Source: Deltaproteobacteria bacterium (GTDB taxonomy: Bacteria > Desulfobacterota > GWC2-55-46). From it: a stretch of 64,000 nt of DNA. The position numbers and the translations under genes are program-made. This document shows, in pieces, positions 8,926 to 18,489 of the stretch. The DNA is taken from positions 1,262 to 65,261 of the forward strand of contig JACRET010000001.1 in assembly GCA_016218105.1 (NCBI GenBank), read 5' to 3'. Position 1 is the first letter of the stretch, and every line of letters begins with the position of its first letter. The notes beneath the pieces were generated by a model. It was not told the origin of the DNA, did not search any database, and saw only the letters and a list, made by a program, of their open reading frames with translations.

Positions 8926-11147
8926 ACGGTTGCCGCCTTGATCGGGAGCTCTATGACAAAACGCGTTCCGCTTGGGGTGTTGTCTTTCACCCTGATATAG
9001 CCGTTATGGTCGGCTATGATATTGCTTACTATCGCCAGCCCAAGCCCCGTACCAGATCTCTTTGTAGAGAAGTACGGCTCAAAGAGCCTCTGTTTCACTT
9101 CAGCGGATATTCCGGCCCCGTTGTCTATCACCTCAAGCCGCGCCAGCTGAAGCTCTTCCAGATAGAGCGTCTCCACCCTGACCTCGCCGTTATCATCGAC
9201 AGCGGCGATAGCGTTGTCTATCAGGTTTATCAGCACTCTTTTGATCTGATCCCTGTCTATGTCAAGGATCGGGAGATTGCTGTCCGTTACCTCACCGAAG
9301 CTGACATTCCTCTGTCCCGCCTTGTAGAAAGATACCGTCTCGTTTACTATCTCTTTAAGATCATTGGGCGACGGGTTTGACGCAGGCATCCTGGCGAAGC
9401 TTGAGAACTCGTTGACCAGCGTTTTAAGCTCGTCCACCTGCCTTATTATAGTGGTCGTGCACTCATCGAAAACATTACCATCTTCCTGAAACTTATCAAG
9501 GTATTTCTTCCTTAGCCTCTGCGCGGAAAGCTTTATCGGGGTGAGCGGGTTTTTTATCTCGTGGGCTATGCGTCTGGCGACCTCTTTCCACGCGAACATC
9601 CTCTGTGTCTTCAGAAGATGCGTCAGGTCGTCAAGGACGGCGACCATGCCCAAATAGTTGCCTGATTCGTCCTTGAGCGCGTTCAGGTTTACGAGCACGG
9701 TCATTACCTTTTCGCTAAGCTCGACTTTCATCTGCCGCTCCAGGGACTCGGCCCCCATCTCGTTCATCACCCGGATCATTTCCCTGAAGACCTCCCTGTC
9801 CTCCTGCCTCAAGACCTCCTTGTAGGATTTGCCCATGGCGTAATCTTCATCGGTGCCGAGTATCTCAGCCGCCACCCTGTTTAAAGATACTATCCTTCCG
9901 AGCTTGTCTATCGATATGACGCCGGCAGGGATGTTGCCGAGGACTATCTCTATATAACGCCTCCTCTGATCGAGCTCGGTGTTGGTGCGCCTGAGATCAA
10001 GGTTCGCGGCCTCAAGCTTTGTCTTGCCTGCCTTCAGGTCCTCAGTCATCCTGTTAAAAGACGTTACCAAGAGCCCTATCTCGTCTTTTGAGTCTGATTT
10101 TATCCTGTAATCAAGATTTCCGCTCGCTACGGCATGAGTCCCTTCCGCAAGCTCATGTATCGGCACGGTTATCTCTTTGGCCAGATACCTCCCGATCCAT
10201 ATGGAGAAAAAAACAATGAGCAGCGTGATTATAAGGAGTATCGTAAAATAACTTATTTTTACGGGGTTTTTAAGGAGCTTCAGCTGTTTATACCCTTCGA
10301 ACGCGTTTGATATCTCCTTCATTTTATCTATAAGGCTTCGGGGCACATAATAGCTTACGGCTACCACCCCAATGGATCTGTCAGGGTCTGACGGCGATGG
10401 TATGGGGGCGATCCCTCTCACCACGTCCCCTACCTGCAGTGTCTGGACAAACCCGGAGGCCTCACCCCGCAGAGCCTTTATCAAGGACTCCCTGTCGATG
10501 TCAGGGACGGTTGTCCTGTTGATCTTGCTTGAAATGGAATACGCTAGCCTCTTGCCGTCCGCCGAGTAGACCTCGATAGTGGAAAAATCGTTGTCGCCGA
10601 CTTTAATATCTATGAATGTCTGGAGACGGTCACTGTTTAAGCCGTAGCCTTCCCGGACAGAGGCGACGGCCACGGCGCGCGCGCCCGATTCGACCCTTTC
10701 CGTCATATCCTTGTAATAATTCTGCGCGAGCTCAAGGGATTCCTGAAGCGAATCCTCTATCTTTATCCCGAACCATCCGTCTATTGACCTGTTTATGAAC
10801 CCTATTACCACGAAGAAAAGCAGGAATGTGGGGACGATGGTAAGGGTTACGAAAGAGGAAATAAGCTTCGTCATGAGCTTCGAGCCCATGACCTTCCTCT
10901 TTCTTTCCATGTATATCTTGACCGTATTCCTTATGACCAGGAATATCAGGAGGATCAGGAGGATTATGTTTATGTTTATAAGGCCTAAAAGGAAGATGTT
11001 CGTGGCGATCGGCACGTCGCCGCTTATGACGGAGATGTGCGATTCGATGTACGTTAGAAGGATAATGGCGGGGACGACCACCAGGATAATAAGGAACTCG
11101 CGGCGGCGCCTCTTCTGTTCAGCTTCTAACTTCTGTGTATCGTTCAT
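8922..11147 (-). CDS. ntrY: Sensor histidine kinase NtrY-like (HAMP, PAS)
   Basis: Several N-terminal TMs, AWKEVARRIAHEIKNPLTPI H-box, GTGLGL G-box; DUF4390-ntrY-ntrX order. Confidence 0.87.
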   Translation of the reverse strand: MNDTQKLEAEQKRRRREFLIILVVVPAIILLTYIESHISVISGDVPIATNIFLLGLININIILLILLIFLVIRNTVKIYMERKRKVMGSKLMTKLISSFVTLTIVPTFLLFFVVIGFINRSIDGWFGIKIEDSLQESLELAQNYYKDMTERVESGARAVAVASVREGYGLNSDRLQTFIDIKVGDNDFSTIEVYSADGKRLAYSISSKINRTTVPDIDRESLIKALRGEASGFVQTLQVGDVVRGIAPIPSPSDPDRSIGVVAVSYYVPRSLIDKMKEISNAFEGYKQLKLLKNPVKISYFTILLIITLLIVFFSIWIGRYLAKEITVPIHELAEGTHAVASGNLDYRIKSDSKDEIGLLVTSFNRMTEDLKAGKTKLEAANLDLRRTNTELDQRRRYIEIVLGNIPAGVISIDKLGRIVSLNRVAAEILGTDEDYAMGKSYKEVLRQEDREVFREMIRVMNEMGAESLERQMKVELSEKVMTVLVNLNALKDESGNYLGMVAVLDDLTHLLKTQRMFAWKEVARRIAHEIKNPLTPIKLSAQRLRKKYLDKFQEDGNVFDECTTTIIRQVDELKTLVNEFSSFARMPASNPSPNDLKEIVNETVSFYKAGQRNVSFGEVTDSNLPILDIDRDQIKRVLINLIDNAIAAVDDNGEVRVETLYLEELQLARLEVIDNGAGISAEVKQRLFEPYFSTKRSGTGLGLAIVSNIIADHNGYIRVKDNTPSGTRFVIELPIKAATV

Positions 11148-11215
11148 ATATTCCCGGTATTAAAACCCTCGTATCCCAGAAGGTTGCTGAAAAAATCAAA
11201 ATCACATTCAGGCTG

Positions 11216-11779
11216 CTAGGGCGAAAACCTGTATGTATACCACCCAGTCTCAAAGTCCCACAGCTTTAAGAAAAAGAACATGTAATTAAGAAGCGGCGGC
11301 ATGTCAACCGTACGGAGCTCTGCCATTACCCTCAGATCATACTGCTCGCCCTGCGCCAGGTGCGCCGGGGTTATGGCGATCGAGTTTCCGGTCACCATGA
11401 GCCTTTTCATCTCCCCCGCATCCTTTGTCCTGAGGCCTATATCCCCGGTCTCATCTAGGCTTATATCGTACTCCTCTTTGAGCGTATCGTATTTAACGGT
11501 ATGCTTAAACTCCCATCTGCCGACATCTTCGTTGAACCAGACGCTATTTACCTTCTCAAGCTCTACTATAAAGGTGAACGAAGTAGGCAGTCCGCTCGCG
11601 ATGGCCTCCTCTATCTCCTTTGTAAAGGCGTCCCTTACCTGAAAAGAGACCTTGAGGTTCGGGGAGAGGGTTACCTTGACATCATCTATCCTGGCATCAG
11701 GCCTTAAAGCTTCCGCATATCCTTTTGAGGGCAGGAAGATAATAAAAAAGAGCATCAGGTATTTTGTCAGTTTCTTCAT
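11216..11779 (-). CDS. DUF4390-like exported protein
   Basis: Signal peptide, EEAIASGLPTSFTF, WDFETGW; typical position upstream of ntrY. Confidence 0.75.
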   Translation of the reverse strand: MKKLTKYLMLFFIIFLPSKGYAEALRPDARIDDVKVTLSPNLKVSFQVRDAFTKEIEEAIASGLPTSFTFIVELEKVNSVWFNEDVGRWEFKHTVKYDTLKEEYDISLDETGDIGLRTKDAGEMKRLMVTGNSIAITPAHLAQGEQYDLRVMAELRTVDMPPLLNYMFFFLKLWDFETGWYTYRFSP

Positions 11780-12042
11780 GGCCGTTAAAATCCGATGGAT
11801 TCCGGGGCCTCAGGGAAAGCCCGATTGTTTACCTGAAAGATTTGCTCGAAAATCTTTGAAATTTAAAGGAAATGGACTCAAAAAATATAACGAATTTCGG
11901 CCAAAAAAGCAAGAACGTATGCGCACCGGAGCCATCTCCATATCGATTGCGGATGTCTTATGTGATTCTAATAATTCCTTAACCTCCGGGATATTAATAT
12001 TAAACAGGCGACAATCCCGTAAGAAAGGAATAATTATTTATA

Positions 12043-12759
12043 ATGGAAGCTCTAGAGGAACGTGCCCGGTTGTTAACGGATGCGGCGGCTGACATTCATG
12101 CAGTACCAGTACCAGAATCTTTGAGAAAGCGCATGAGGGAGATACACGACGGCGTCCCTCCGGATTATTACGATAGATCTATGGCCGAGAACCCATTTCA
12201 GAGGTTCTGGCATACAAGCAGGATAAAGGCTATCGCGGGCCTCCTTAAAGGCGAAGACGCCAAAATGCTAGATATCGGCTGCGGCGGGGGGACTCTCCTT
12301 GACAAGATAAGCGGCAGGGCAGCGCTAAACTGGTCGGCGGGAGTGGACGCGTCTTTCGGGGCTATTAACTACGCGAACACAGCGCACAAAGGTCCAAAGT
12401 TCCTCTGCGCTGATTTTTATGAACTGCCGTTTAAGAACTCGACATTCGGGCTTATCAGCGCCATTGAGGTCCTTGAGCACCTGCATGAGCCTGAAAAGGC
12501 GCTGGTAGAGCTGAACAGGTGCCTTACCAGGGGCGGGAAGATACTTATACTTGTTCCCAATGAGAACAACCTGCTCTTCCGGGTCATCTGGTTTTTCTGG
12601 ACAAAGGGAAAAGGCAAGGTCTGGAAGGAAGCCCATGTCCAGAAGTTTACGGGCAGGAGCCTTGAAGGGCTCTTAAATGCAACTGGGTTCGAGGTAACCA
12701 AAAAAAAGAAGTTCCTGCTCGGTATGCTGATGGCTATGAAGGGGGTTAAAAAGGATTAG
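12043..12759 (+). CDS. Class I SAM-dependent methyltransferase
   Basis: LDIGCGGG motif I, LPF...EVLEHL..P, LTRGGKILILVPN. Confidence 0.9.
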   Translation: MEALEERARLLTDAAADIHAVPVPESLRKRMREIHDGVPPDYYDRSMAENPFQRFWHTSRIKAIAGLLKGEDAKMLDIGCGGGTLLDKISGRAALNWSAGVDASFGAINYANTAHKGPKFLCADFYELPFKNSTFGLISAIEVLEHLHEPEKALVELNRCLTRGGKILILVPNENNLLFRVIWFFWTKGKGKVWKEAHVQKFTGRSLEGLLNATGFEVTKKKKFLLGMLMAMKGVKKD

Positions 12760-12821
12760 CGTTTTTTCAACAGAATAAACCTCCCCACAAAATTCAGGGT
12801 ATCAGAAAGCGTCTTTATTTT

Positions 12822-12942
12822 TTTTTAGAAAATACCAGGTGTACTGCGGAGCGAGCATAAAGGAGGCGAACGTCCGGGCTTCATTTCTATCGCAGGGTGA
12901 GAGCCGACAGGGTGCGGAGCAATACCCCGAGAGCGCGCGGAA
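12822..12942 (+). repeat. Partial copy of the mosaic intergenic repeat core
   Basis: aaaatacca..gcgagcataaaggaggcgaacg.ccgggcttca..gagagccgacag..gcggagcaataccc..agcgcgcgg shared with the 2728-2994 and 29934-30188 copies. Confidence 0.75.
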
Positions 12943-12983
12943 GTGTATCGGCTCTATGAGAGAATAAGCCCTGCGGTCAGGGA

Positions 12984-14615
12984 CTATCTAATCCTCGCCT
13001 TTTTCTTGATCCCAACCTGCGCCCTGGCTTTCTCAAGATTCGTCAGAGCTATCTTTGACGACGGGTCCAAACCCAAAACCTTCTCAAATTCGGCAGCCGC
13101 CAGATCAAACCTTCCCATCTCGGCATATGCTATCCCCAAAGCGTTATACGCCTCGGAAAAATCAGGTTTTAATTCAACCGCCATCAGAAGCTCGGCTACC
13201 GCGCTATCTAGCCTGCGGCTCTTGATATACAGCGAGCCGAGTTCGTAATGGAGTATATGATTGCCGTTTGAGAGCGCTGTAGCCGCTTGAAGTTCCCTGA
13301 TGGCGCCCTCGGTGTCGCCGGCCCTTAAATAAGCGTGCCCAAGGTTCGCGTGAGGGATGGGAGAGTCAGGCGCGCCCTTTACCATAGCGGCATAAAAAGT
13401 CACGTCATCCCCCCATACACGGTTGCGCTGTATGGTAAGCACCCCGAGGACTATGATCACTGCGGCCGCGGCATACGGGACAAACCTGCTCAATATCTTT
13501 TCCTTCAAGAGTGAATTGAATACGAGCCCCAGGAATATCGAGAAGCCTATGGAAGGTATATAGAGGTATCTTTCGGCTATCGAGAACTCGCCCAGAGTGC
13601 CGATATTGAGCACAGGCAGCAGTGAAACAAAGGTCCAGAGGATCGAGAACGCATGCAGCCTTTTGTCCCTGGCGAGGTAAAATAAGACCCCTGCCCCGGA
13701 TATCAGAAGGAGCAGAAATGCCAGAATAACCCTTACGCTCAAACCTGTCTGCCAGAATATACTGTAATATGCCTTGAGCGGGTAAGGAAAGAAAAGTAGC
13801 CTTATGTAGTCGAATACGGCTACAGAGGATGTAAACGCCAGGGTAATGAAATCCGCCTTAAGCTTGTGCTGCCCCGTAAAGGAACTGAGGCCAAATACCC
13901 TGAAAACAATATAAAGCGCCAGTATTATAAAATAAGGCGCCACCCTGACAAGCCGCCTCCCCCACTTTTCAAAGAACCAGGCGTAGATGGCGAGGAGTAT
14001 GGGCATTGTGACCGCCATCTCCTTTGAAAGGAGCGCCAGCATGAAAAAAAACATTGAGAGTATGTCCCTTAAACCGAAGCCCCTGCCGAACTGCTTGTAA
14101 CCCGGTTCCGGGTGAAAGGCAAAGAGCTGAAAGGAAAGGAGAAGGAAAAAGGCGCAGAGGAGATCGACCCGCGCCGATATGAACGTAACGGACTCAGTAT
14201 GTACCGGGTGCACCGCGAAGACAGCCGCCGCTATAAAGGAGGTTATCCGCTCTTCGGTCAGCTTTAACGCAAAGACGAATACAAGGATCGTGTTCAGAAA
14301 ATGGACTATCACGTTCGTCAGGTGAAACCCGAACGGGTTCAAGCCCCATATCCTGTAGTCGAGCATCGAAAGGATGGTGTGGAGCGGCCTGTAAAAACTC
14401 CGGAACGCGTCGTTATCCACACGAAGGCCCCATAGCCTGGGGCTGAAGGCTGAGAGGACGCTCTCCAACCCGCCTTTTATGCCGGTGTTGTAAAGGACGA
14501 GAGTTTTATCGTCCCACATGAACGGCGTAAAGAGGGCGTTGTAGTATACAACGGCCACAAAGAGCCCCAAAAGGGCTATCGCGTAAATGTTTTTATAAAA
14601 TAGGTCGCGAAGCAT
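12984..14615 (-). CDS. TMTC-like GT-C membrane glycosyltransferase with C-terminal TPRs
   Basis: FMWDD, FYRPL, FHLTNVIVH, HPVHTESV, SKEMA, AERYLYIPS, RNRVW motifs; many TM helices; TPR tail. Confidence 0.8.
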   Translation of the reverse strand: MLRDLFYKNIYAIALLGLFVAVVYYNALFTPFMWDDKTLVLYNTGIKGGLESVLSAFSPRLWGLRVDNDAFRSFYRPLHTILSMLDYRIWGLNPFGFHLTNVIVHFLNTILVFVFALKLTEERITSFIAAAVFAVHPVHTESVTFISARVDLLCAFFLLLSFQLFAFHPEPGYKQFGRGFGLRDILSMFFFMLALLSKEMAVTMPILLAIYAWFFEKWGRRLVRVAPYFIILALYIVFRVFGLSSFTGQHKLKADFITLAFTSSVAVFDYIRLLFFPYPLKAYYSIFWQTGLSVRVILAFLLLLISGAGVLFYLARDKRLHAFSILWTFVSLLPVLNIGTLGEFSIAERYLYIPSIGFSIFLGLVFNSLLKEKILSRFVPYAAAAVIIVLGVLTIQRNRVWGDDVTFYAAMVKGAPDSPIPHANLGHAYLRAGDTEGAIRELQAATALSNGNHILHYELGSLYIKSRRLDSAVAELLMAVELKPDFSEAYNALGIAYAEMGRFDLAAAEFEKVLGLDPSSKIALTNLEKARAQVGIKKKARIR

Positions 14616-14630
14616 ACGGCAGAAAAGTCC

Positions 14631-15359
14631 TTAGCCTTTCCTTAATCCAAGCTTACGAAAAATAGATTCAAAGCGCAACCGCCATACAGTGAGCACGGCC
14701 TCTCTCACTATATGCCCGGACATCTTGGAAACTCCCGAATACCTTCCCCAGAATATGACCGATATCTCGCCTATCCTGAACCCCTTTGAATGCGCGTTGA
14801 AGTTCATCTCTATCTGGAAGGCGTATCCGTTGCTGTGTATCCTGTCGAGATCGATCGACTCAAGAACCTTTCTCTTGAAGCACTTGAAGCCGGCGGTATT
14901 GTCGAATGTCCTGAGGCCCGTCACAAGCCTTGCGTATACGTTGCCGAAATAACTTAACAGGAGCCTCGGAAGAGGCCAGTTTACGACGCTGATCCCGTTG
15001 GCGTATCTGGACCCTATTACCATATCGAACTCATTCATCTTCTCAAGGAACCTCGGGAGGTCCTTGTAATCATGCGAATGGTCCGCGTCCATCTCGAAGA
15101 TATAATCCGCCTTCTCTTTAAGTGCGTATTTAAAGCCGGCGATGTAGGCGGAGCCAAGCCCCATCTTCCCCGGACGCTCAAGGAGCATAACCCGGCTGTC
15201 ATCTTTTCTCAACGACCGCGCGACATCGGCTGTCCTGTCGGGAGAGTTATCATCTACAACAAGCACATGAAATTCTTTCCCAAGCCCCAATATCTTCGGC
15301 ACCAATATGCGTATATTTTCAGCCTCGTTATAGGTAGGGATTATTACAATGATCTTCAT
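14631..15359 (-). CDS. Polyprenol monophosphomannose synthase (GT2, DPM1/Ppm1-like)
   Basis: IIPTYNEAENI, VDDNSPDRT, KMGLGSAYIAGF, EMDADHSH, GYAFQIEM, SKMS; start set at MKII (15359). Confidence 0.88.
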   Translation of the reverse strand: MKIIVIIPTYNEAENIRILVPKILGLGKEFHVLVVDDNSPDRTADVARSLRKDDSRVMLLERPGKMGLGSAYIAGFKYALKEKADYIFEMDADHSHDYKDLPRFLEKMNEFDMVIGSRYANGISVVNWPLPRLLLSYFGNVYARLVTGLRTFDNTAGFKCFKRKVLESIDLDRIHSNGYAFQIEMNFNAHSKGFRIGEISVIFWGRYSGVSKMSGHIVREAVLTVWRLRFESIFRKLGLRKG

Positions 15360-15790
15360 GAAAAAGCCGGTGAACCTGATAAATTTAGCAAAACTTTTGG
15401 CAGGAACTTTCACAGGGCAGGCAGAGGCCTCATACCGCCCCTCTGATTCTGTCTGTAAATACCTTTCTTATATCACCATTTTGTTTAGAAAATCAATCGC
15501 AATCTGGGATTTGAAGGGTTGGCCGGAACACCGAGTTTTCAAAGCTGGTTCGGATATTATGCTTAAAACCATTTAAATTTCAAAAATACAACTGTGATTT
15601 TTTTAAGGGAGCTCGCTCGATAGCGAACGGAGCAATGGGCAGAGGTATAGCGCGCAAATAGGCTTTTGCAAAACATAGGAAGACGCGGGATAAGACTAAA
15701 AAAGATCGATCTCACTAAAGGATAAAATTTTGATGTCGGAGCGGTGGAGGAAATTATGGGGGGAAACGATTGAAAGGTATACCTGATAAC

Positions 15791-16114
15791 TTAACTGTAA
15801 TGCTGTTTTTTGTTCCAGAGCCGTTTTAACCCGGCCTTTATAAGCTCTTTTCTCAGCTTTTTCCTGAGCTCGGATTCATCGACCTTGAACTTGAACGCCT
15901 TCTTGCCGTTTATAAAAACAGTGGGGATATCTTCATTGAACCTTCGCAGCAGGTCCTCATTAGCGTCTATATCGACTTCTTTAAACTGAAAAGGTATATC
16001 AGCCCCTACCCTGTCGATTATATCCTTTACGTCCCTGCACAAAACGCAATCCTTCGCGGAGTCGCAGAGCGTGCAGTCTTTTCTAGCGTAGACTTCTATT
16101 AGAAGCTTCGTCAT
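15791..16114 (-). CDS. Glutaredoxin-like (DUF836-type) protein with tandem CxxC
   Basis: KDCTLCDSAKDCVLC, EVDID...IPTVFING thioredoxin-fold motifs. Confidence 0.8.
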   Translation of the reverse strand: MTKLLIEVYARKDCTLCDSAKDCVLCRDVKDIIDRVGADIPFQFKEVDIDANEDLLRRFNEDIPTVFINGKKAFKFKVDESELRKKLRKELIKAGLKRLWNKKQHYS

Positions 16115-16172
16115 AGGGGTGTAGAGCCGAGTCTCTTTCCATTTAAAAGCCGGCCCCAGGTCGCCCCGGAAG

Positions 16173-16907
16173 CTAGCTTATGCTCGGAATCAAATTGTTC
16201 AGGTACCCCCCTATAATACCAAGAGAGTTTGAAAAAATCAAGACCCCAGTTATTATAAGGAAAATACCGGTCACAATCGATATGACCCTCATGTGCTTCT
16301 TTAATCTGCTGAAGTGCTTGAGGAAGGTATTGATGCCTATGGATGTCAGGAAAAACGGGATCGCAAGCCCGGCGGAATATGCGACGAAAAGTATCATGCC
16401 CGACCAGGCGCTCTCGGATGTGGCCGCCACCGCGAATATGGCGGAAAGGATCGGCCCGATGCAGGGCGTCCATCCAGCGGCAAAGCCGATGCCGACCAGG
16501 AACGAACCTAAAAGACCTGTCGGCCTGCTGCGGCTGAAAAAATCGAGCCGCTTGTCCTTTTGAAGGAATCCGAAGTTGACAACGCCTGTGATATGAACGC
16601 CCAGCAGCACTATCACGATTCCGCCTAACTGCCTTATCGCGTCCTGGTATTGCATAAAGACGGAACCTAGAAGCTGCGCGGAGGAGCCTAGTATAACGAT
16701 AAATACCGTAGAGAAGCCAAGGATGAACATCAGGGAGTTTTTGATTACTATCCTTTTTACCCTGGCGTCGTTGTCATTTGTAAGCTGCTCAAAGGATATG
16801 CCGGTAACGAACGAAACGTAAGAGGGTACGAGCGGGAGTACGCATGGAGAAACAAACGAGAGCAGGCCGCCCAGAAAAGCCAGCGGTATGCTTACTTCTG
16901 TAGTCAT
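16173..16907 (-). CDS. ccdA: Cytochrome c biogenesis protein CcdA
   Basis: GLLSFVSPCVLPLVP and AAGWTPCIGPIL motifs. Confidence 0.95.
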   Translation of the reverse strand: MTTEVSIPLAFLGGLLSFVSPCVLPLVPSYVSFVTGISFEQLTNDNDARVKRIVIKNSLMFILGFSTVFIVILGSSAQLLGSVFMQYQDAIRQLGGIVIVLLGVHITGVVNFGFLQKDKRLDFFSRSRPTGLLGSFLVGIGFAAGWTPCIGPILSAIFAVAATSESAWSGMILFVAYSAGLAIPFFLTSIGINTFLKHFSRLKKHMRVISIVTGIFLIITGVLIFSNSLGIIGGYLNNLIPSIS

Positions 16908-16979
16908 TTCAAGCCTCCTTCCATTAGGCGGTGCAGTTGGACCATTTTAACAGGGGCACATTAAGGCAGGATTAGAGCC

Positions 16980-17582
16980 TTATTTGCCCCTGACGGTCTT
17001 GTACGCCTCTTTGGGCTTTGGCCCGTTCTTGATGAGTTCAACTATCACCCTGTATGAGGCGGGGTCTGACCAGTCCCTCGGGCCCCAGACCTTCTCGGCG
17101 ATATTGCCGTTCTGGTCTATGATAAAGGTTTCAGGCACGCCGGTGGTCTTGTAAGTCTCTTTTATGCTGCCTTTCCTGTCATGGAGTATCGTGAAGGTCA
17201 GGCCGTATTTCTGCGCGTACTTGGCGACGACCTCGGGGCCATCCTTGTCAACGCTTACCGCAACTATCTCGAACGGCTGTCCGGCAAACCCCTGATAGAG
17301 CGCCTGCATCGAGGGCATTTCCTCTTCGCAGGGCTTGCACCATGTCGCCCAGAAGTTGAGGAACACGACCTTGCCCCTGAACTCCTTAAGGCTCCTGGCC
17401 TTTCCTGAAAGATCCGGCAGGGTAAAGTCTATCGACTCGCTTCCGGCTACCACCGGCTCGAACTTGCGTTTCTGCCCGAGCACTATGAAAACCGCGACCG
17501 CTATGACTACCAGTACTATTACGGCCAGAGCCGCCTTTGGCAGCCCCTTTTCCTCTTTTTTATCGCTCATTCTTCCAGCCAT
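16980..17582 (-). CDS. resA: TlpA/ResA thiol-disulfide reductase
   Basis: N-terminal TM, NFWATWCKPC, GVPETFIID, GPRDW. Confidence 0.85.
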   Translation of the reverse strand: MAGRMSDKKEEKGLPKAALAVIVLVVIAVAVFIVLGQKRKFEPVVAGSESIDFTLPDLSGKARSLKEFRGKVVFLNFWATWCKPCEEEMPSMQALYQGFAGQPFEIVAVSVDKDGPEVVAKYAQKYGLTFTILHDRKGSIKETYKTTGVPETFIIDQNGNIAEKVWGPRDWSDPASYRVIVELIKNGPKPKEAYKTVRGK

Positions 17583-17595
17583 TCTGTTTTATTTT

Positions 17596-18486
17596 TTATG
17601 AGGCGTAAGCGTGCAGGCCCGGCAAAATGAAGCTGACTCCCCAGTAGAGGAATATAACCGCTAAAAAGCCCGCGATGGAGATGTAAGCGGCCCTCTTCCC
17701 TCTCCAGCCCCTTGTAACCCTGGCGTGGAGGTATGCCGCGTATACAAACCATGTGATAAGCGACCAGGTCTCTTTCGGGTCCCAGCTCCAGTAAGAGCCC
17801 CAGGCGTAATTGGCCCATACGGCGCCGGAAACGATGCCAGTGGCGAGAAAGGGGAACCCCCATGCTATCGCCCTGTAGCTGAGCTCATCGAGCGTCCTCG
17901 CGTCAGGGAAGGCGCTCATGACGCCTCCGTCCTTGCCGCTCTCCTCAGACCTGTTCTTGAGGAGATATATGAGGCTCAGTCCGAATGATATGGCGAAACC
18001 CGCGTAGCCGATAAAAGTAGTGAAGACATGGAAATCCAGCCAGCCTATCGCGTACTTCTCAAGCCCTAACGGCCTTAAAGCGTCCATCATCCAGTGCCAT
18101 TTATTCTGAAGCGCGGGGTTTAACGGCTCCGCGCTTTTAAACCTGTAGGGAAGCAGCGACGCCGAGAGCATGGCTAGGAACTCCAACCCCATGACAAAGG
18201 CGCCTATCGCCTTGAACTTGTGCTTGTACTCAAGGAGGAGATACCCGGCGTTGGTCGCCCAGACGAAAAGCATCATGGACTCCCATAGGTTGGAAAAGGG
18301 CGCGTGCCCCGATTCGCCCGCCCTGGTGACAAGTATCATGGTGGTGGACATAAGGGCGATAAAGGACATGGCCGTGCCGGTCTGCCCGATCCATTTCTTC
18401 TTGAATAACCAGTGGCCGATATACAGAAGGGCCGTGATCAGGTAGAAAACAAATGAGAAAGTGAAAAACACCAAAGATAGAATCAT
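17596..18486 (-). CDS. ccsA: System II cytochrome c synthase subunit CcsA/ResC
   Basis: GHAPFSNLWES, WWD domain GAVWANYAWGSYWSWDPKETW, GLHAY. Confidence 0.95.
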   Translation of the reverse strand: MILSLVFFTFSFVFYLITALLYIGHWLFKKKWIGQTGTAMSFIALMSTTMILVTRAGESGHAPFSNLWESMMLFVWATNAGYLLLEYKHKFKAIGAFVMGLEFLAMLSASLLPYRFKSAEPLNPALQNKWHWMMDALRPLGLEKYAIGWLDFHVFTTFIGYAGFAISFGLSLIYLLKNRSEESGKDGGVMSAFPDARTLDELSYRAIAWGFPFLATGIVSGAVWANYAWGSYWSWDPKETWSLITWFVYAAYLHARVTRGWRGKRAAYISIAGFLAVIFLYWGVSFILPGLHAYAS

Positions 18487-18489
18487 CTC

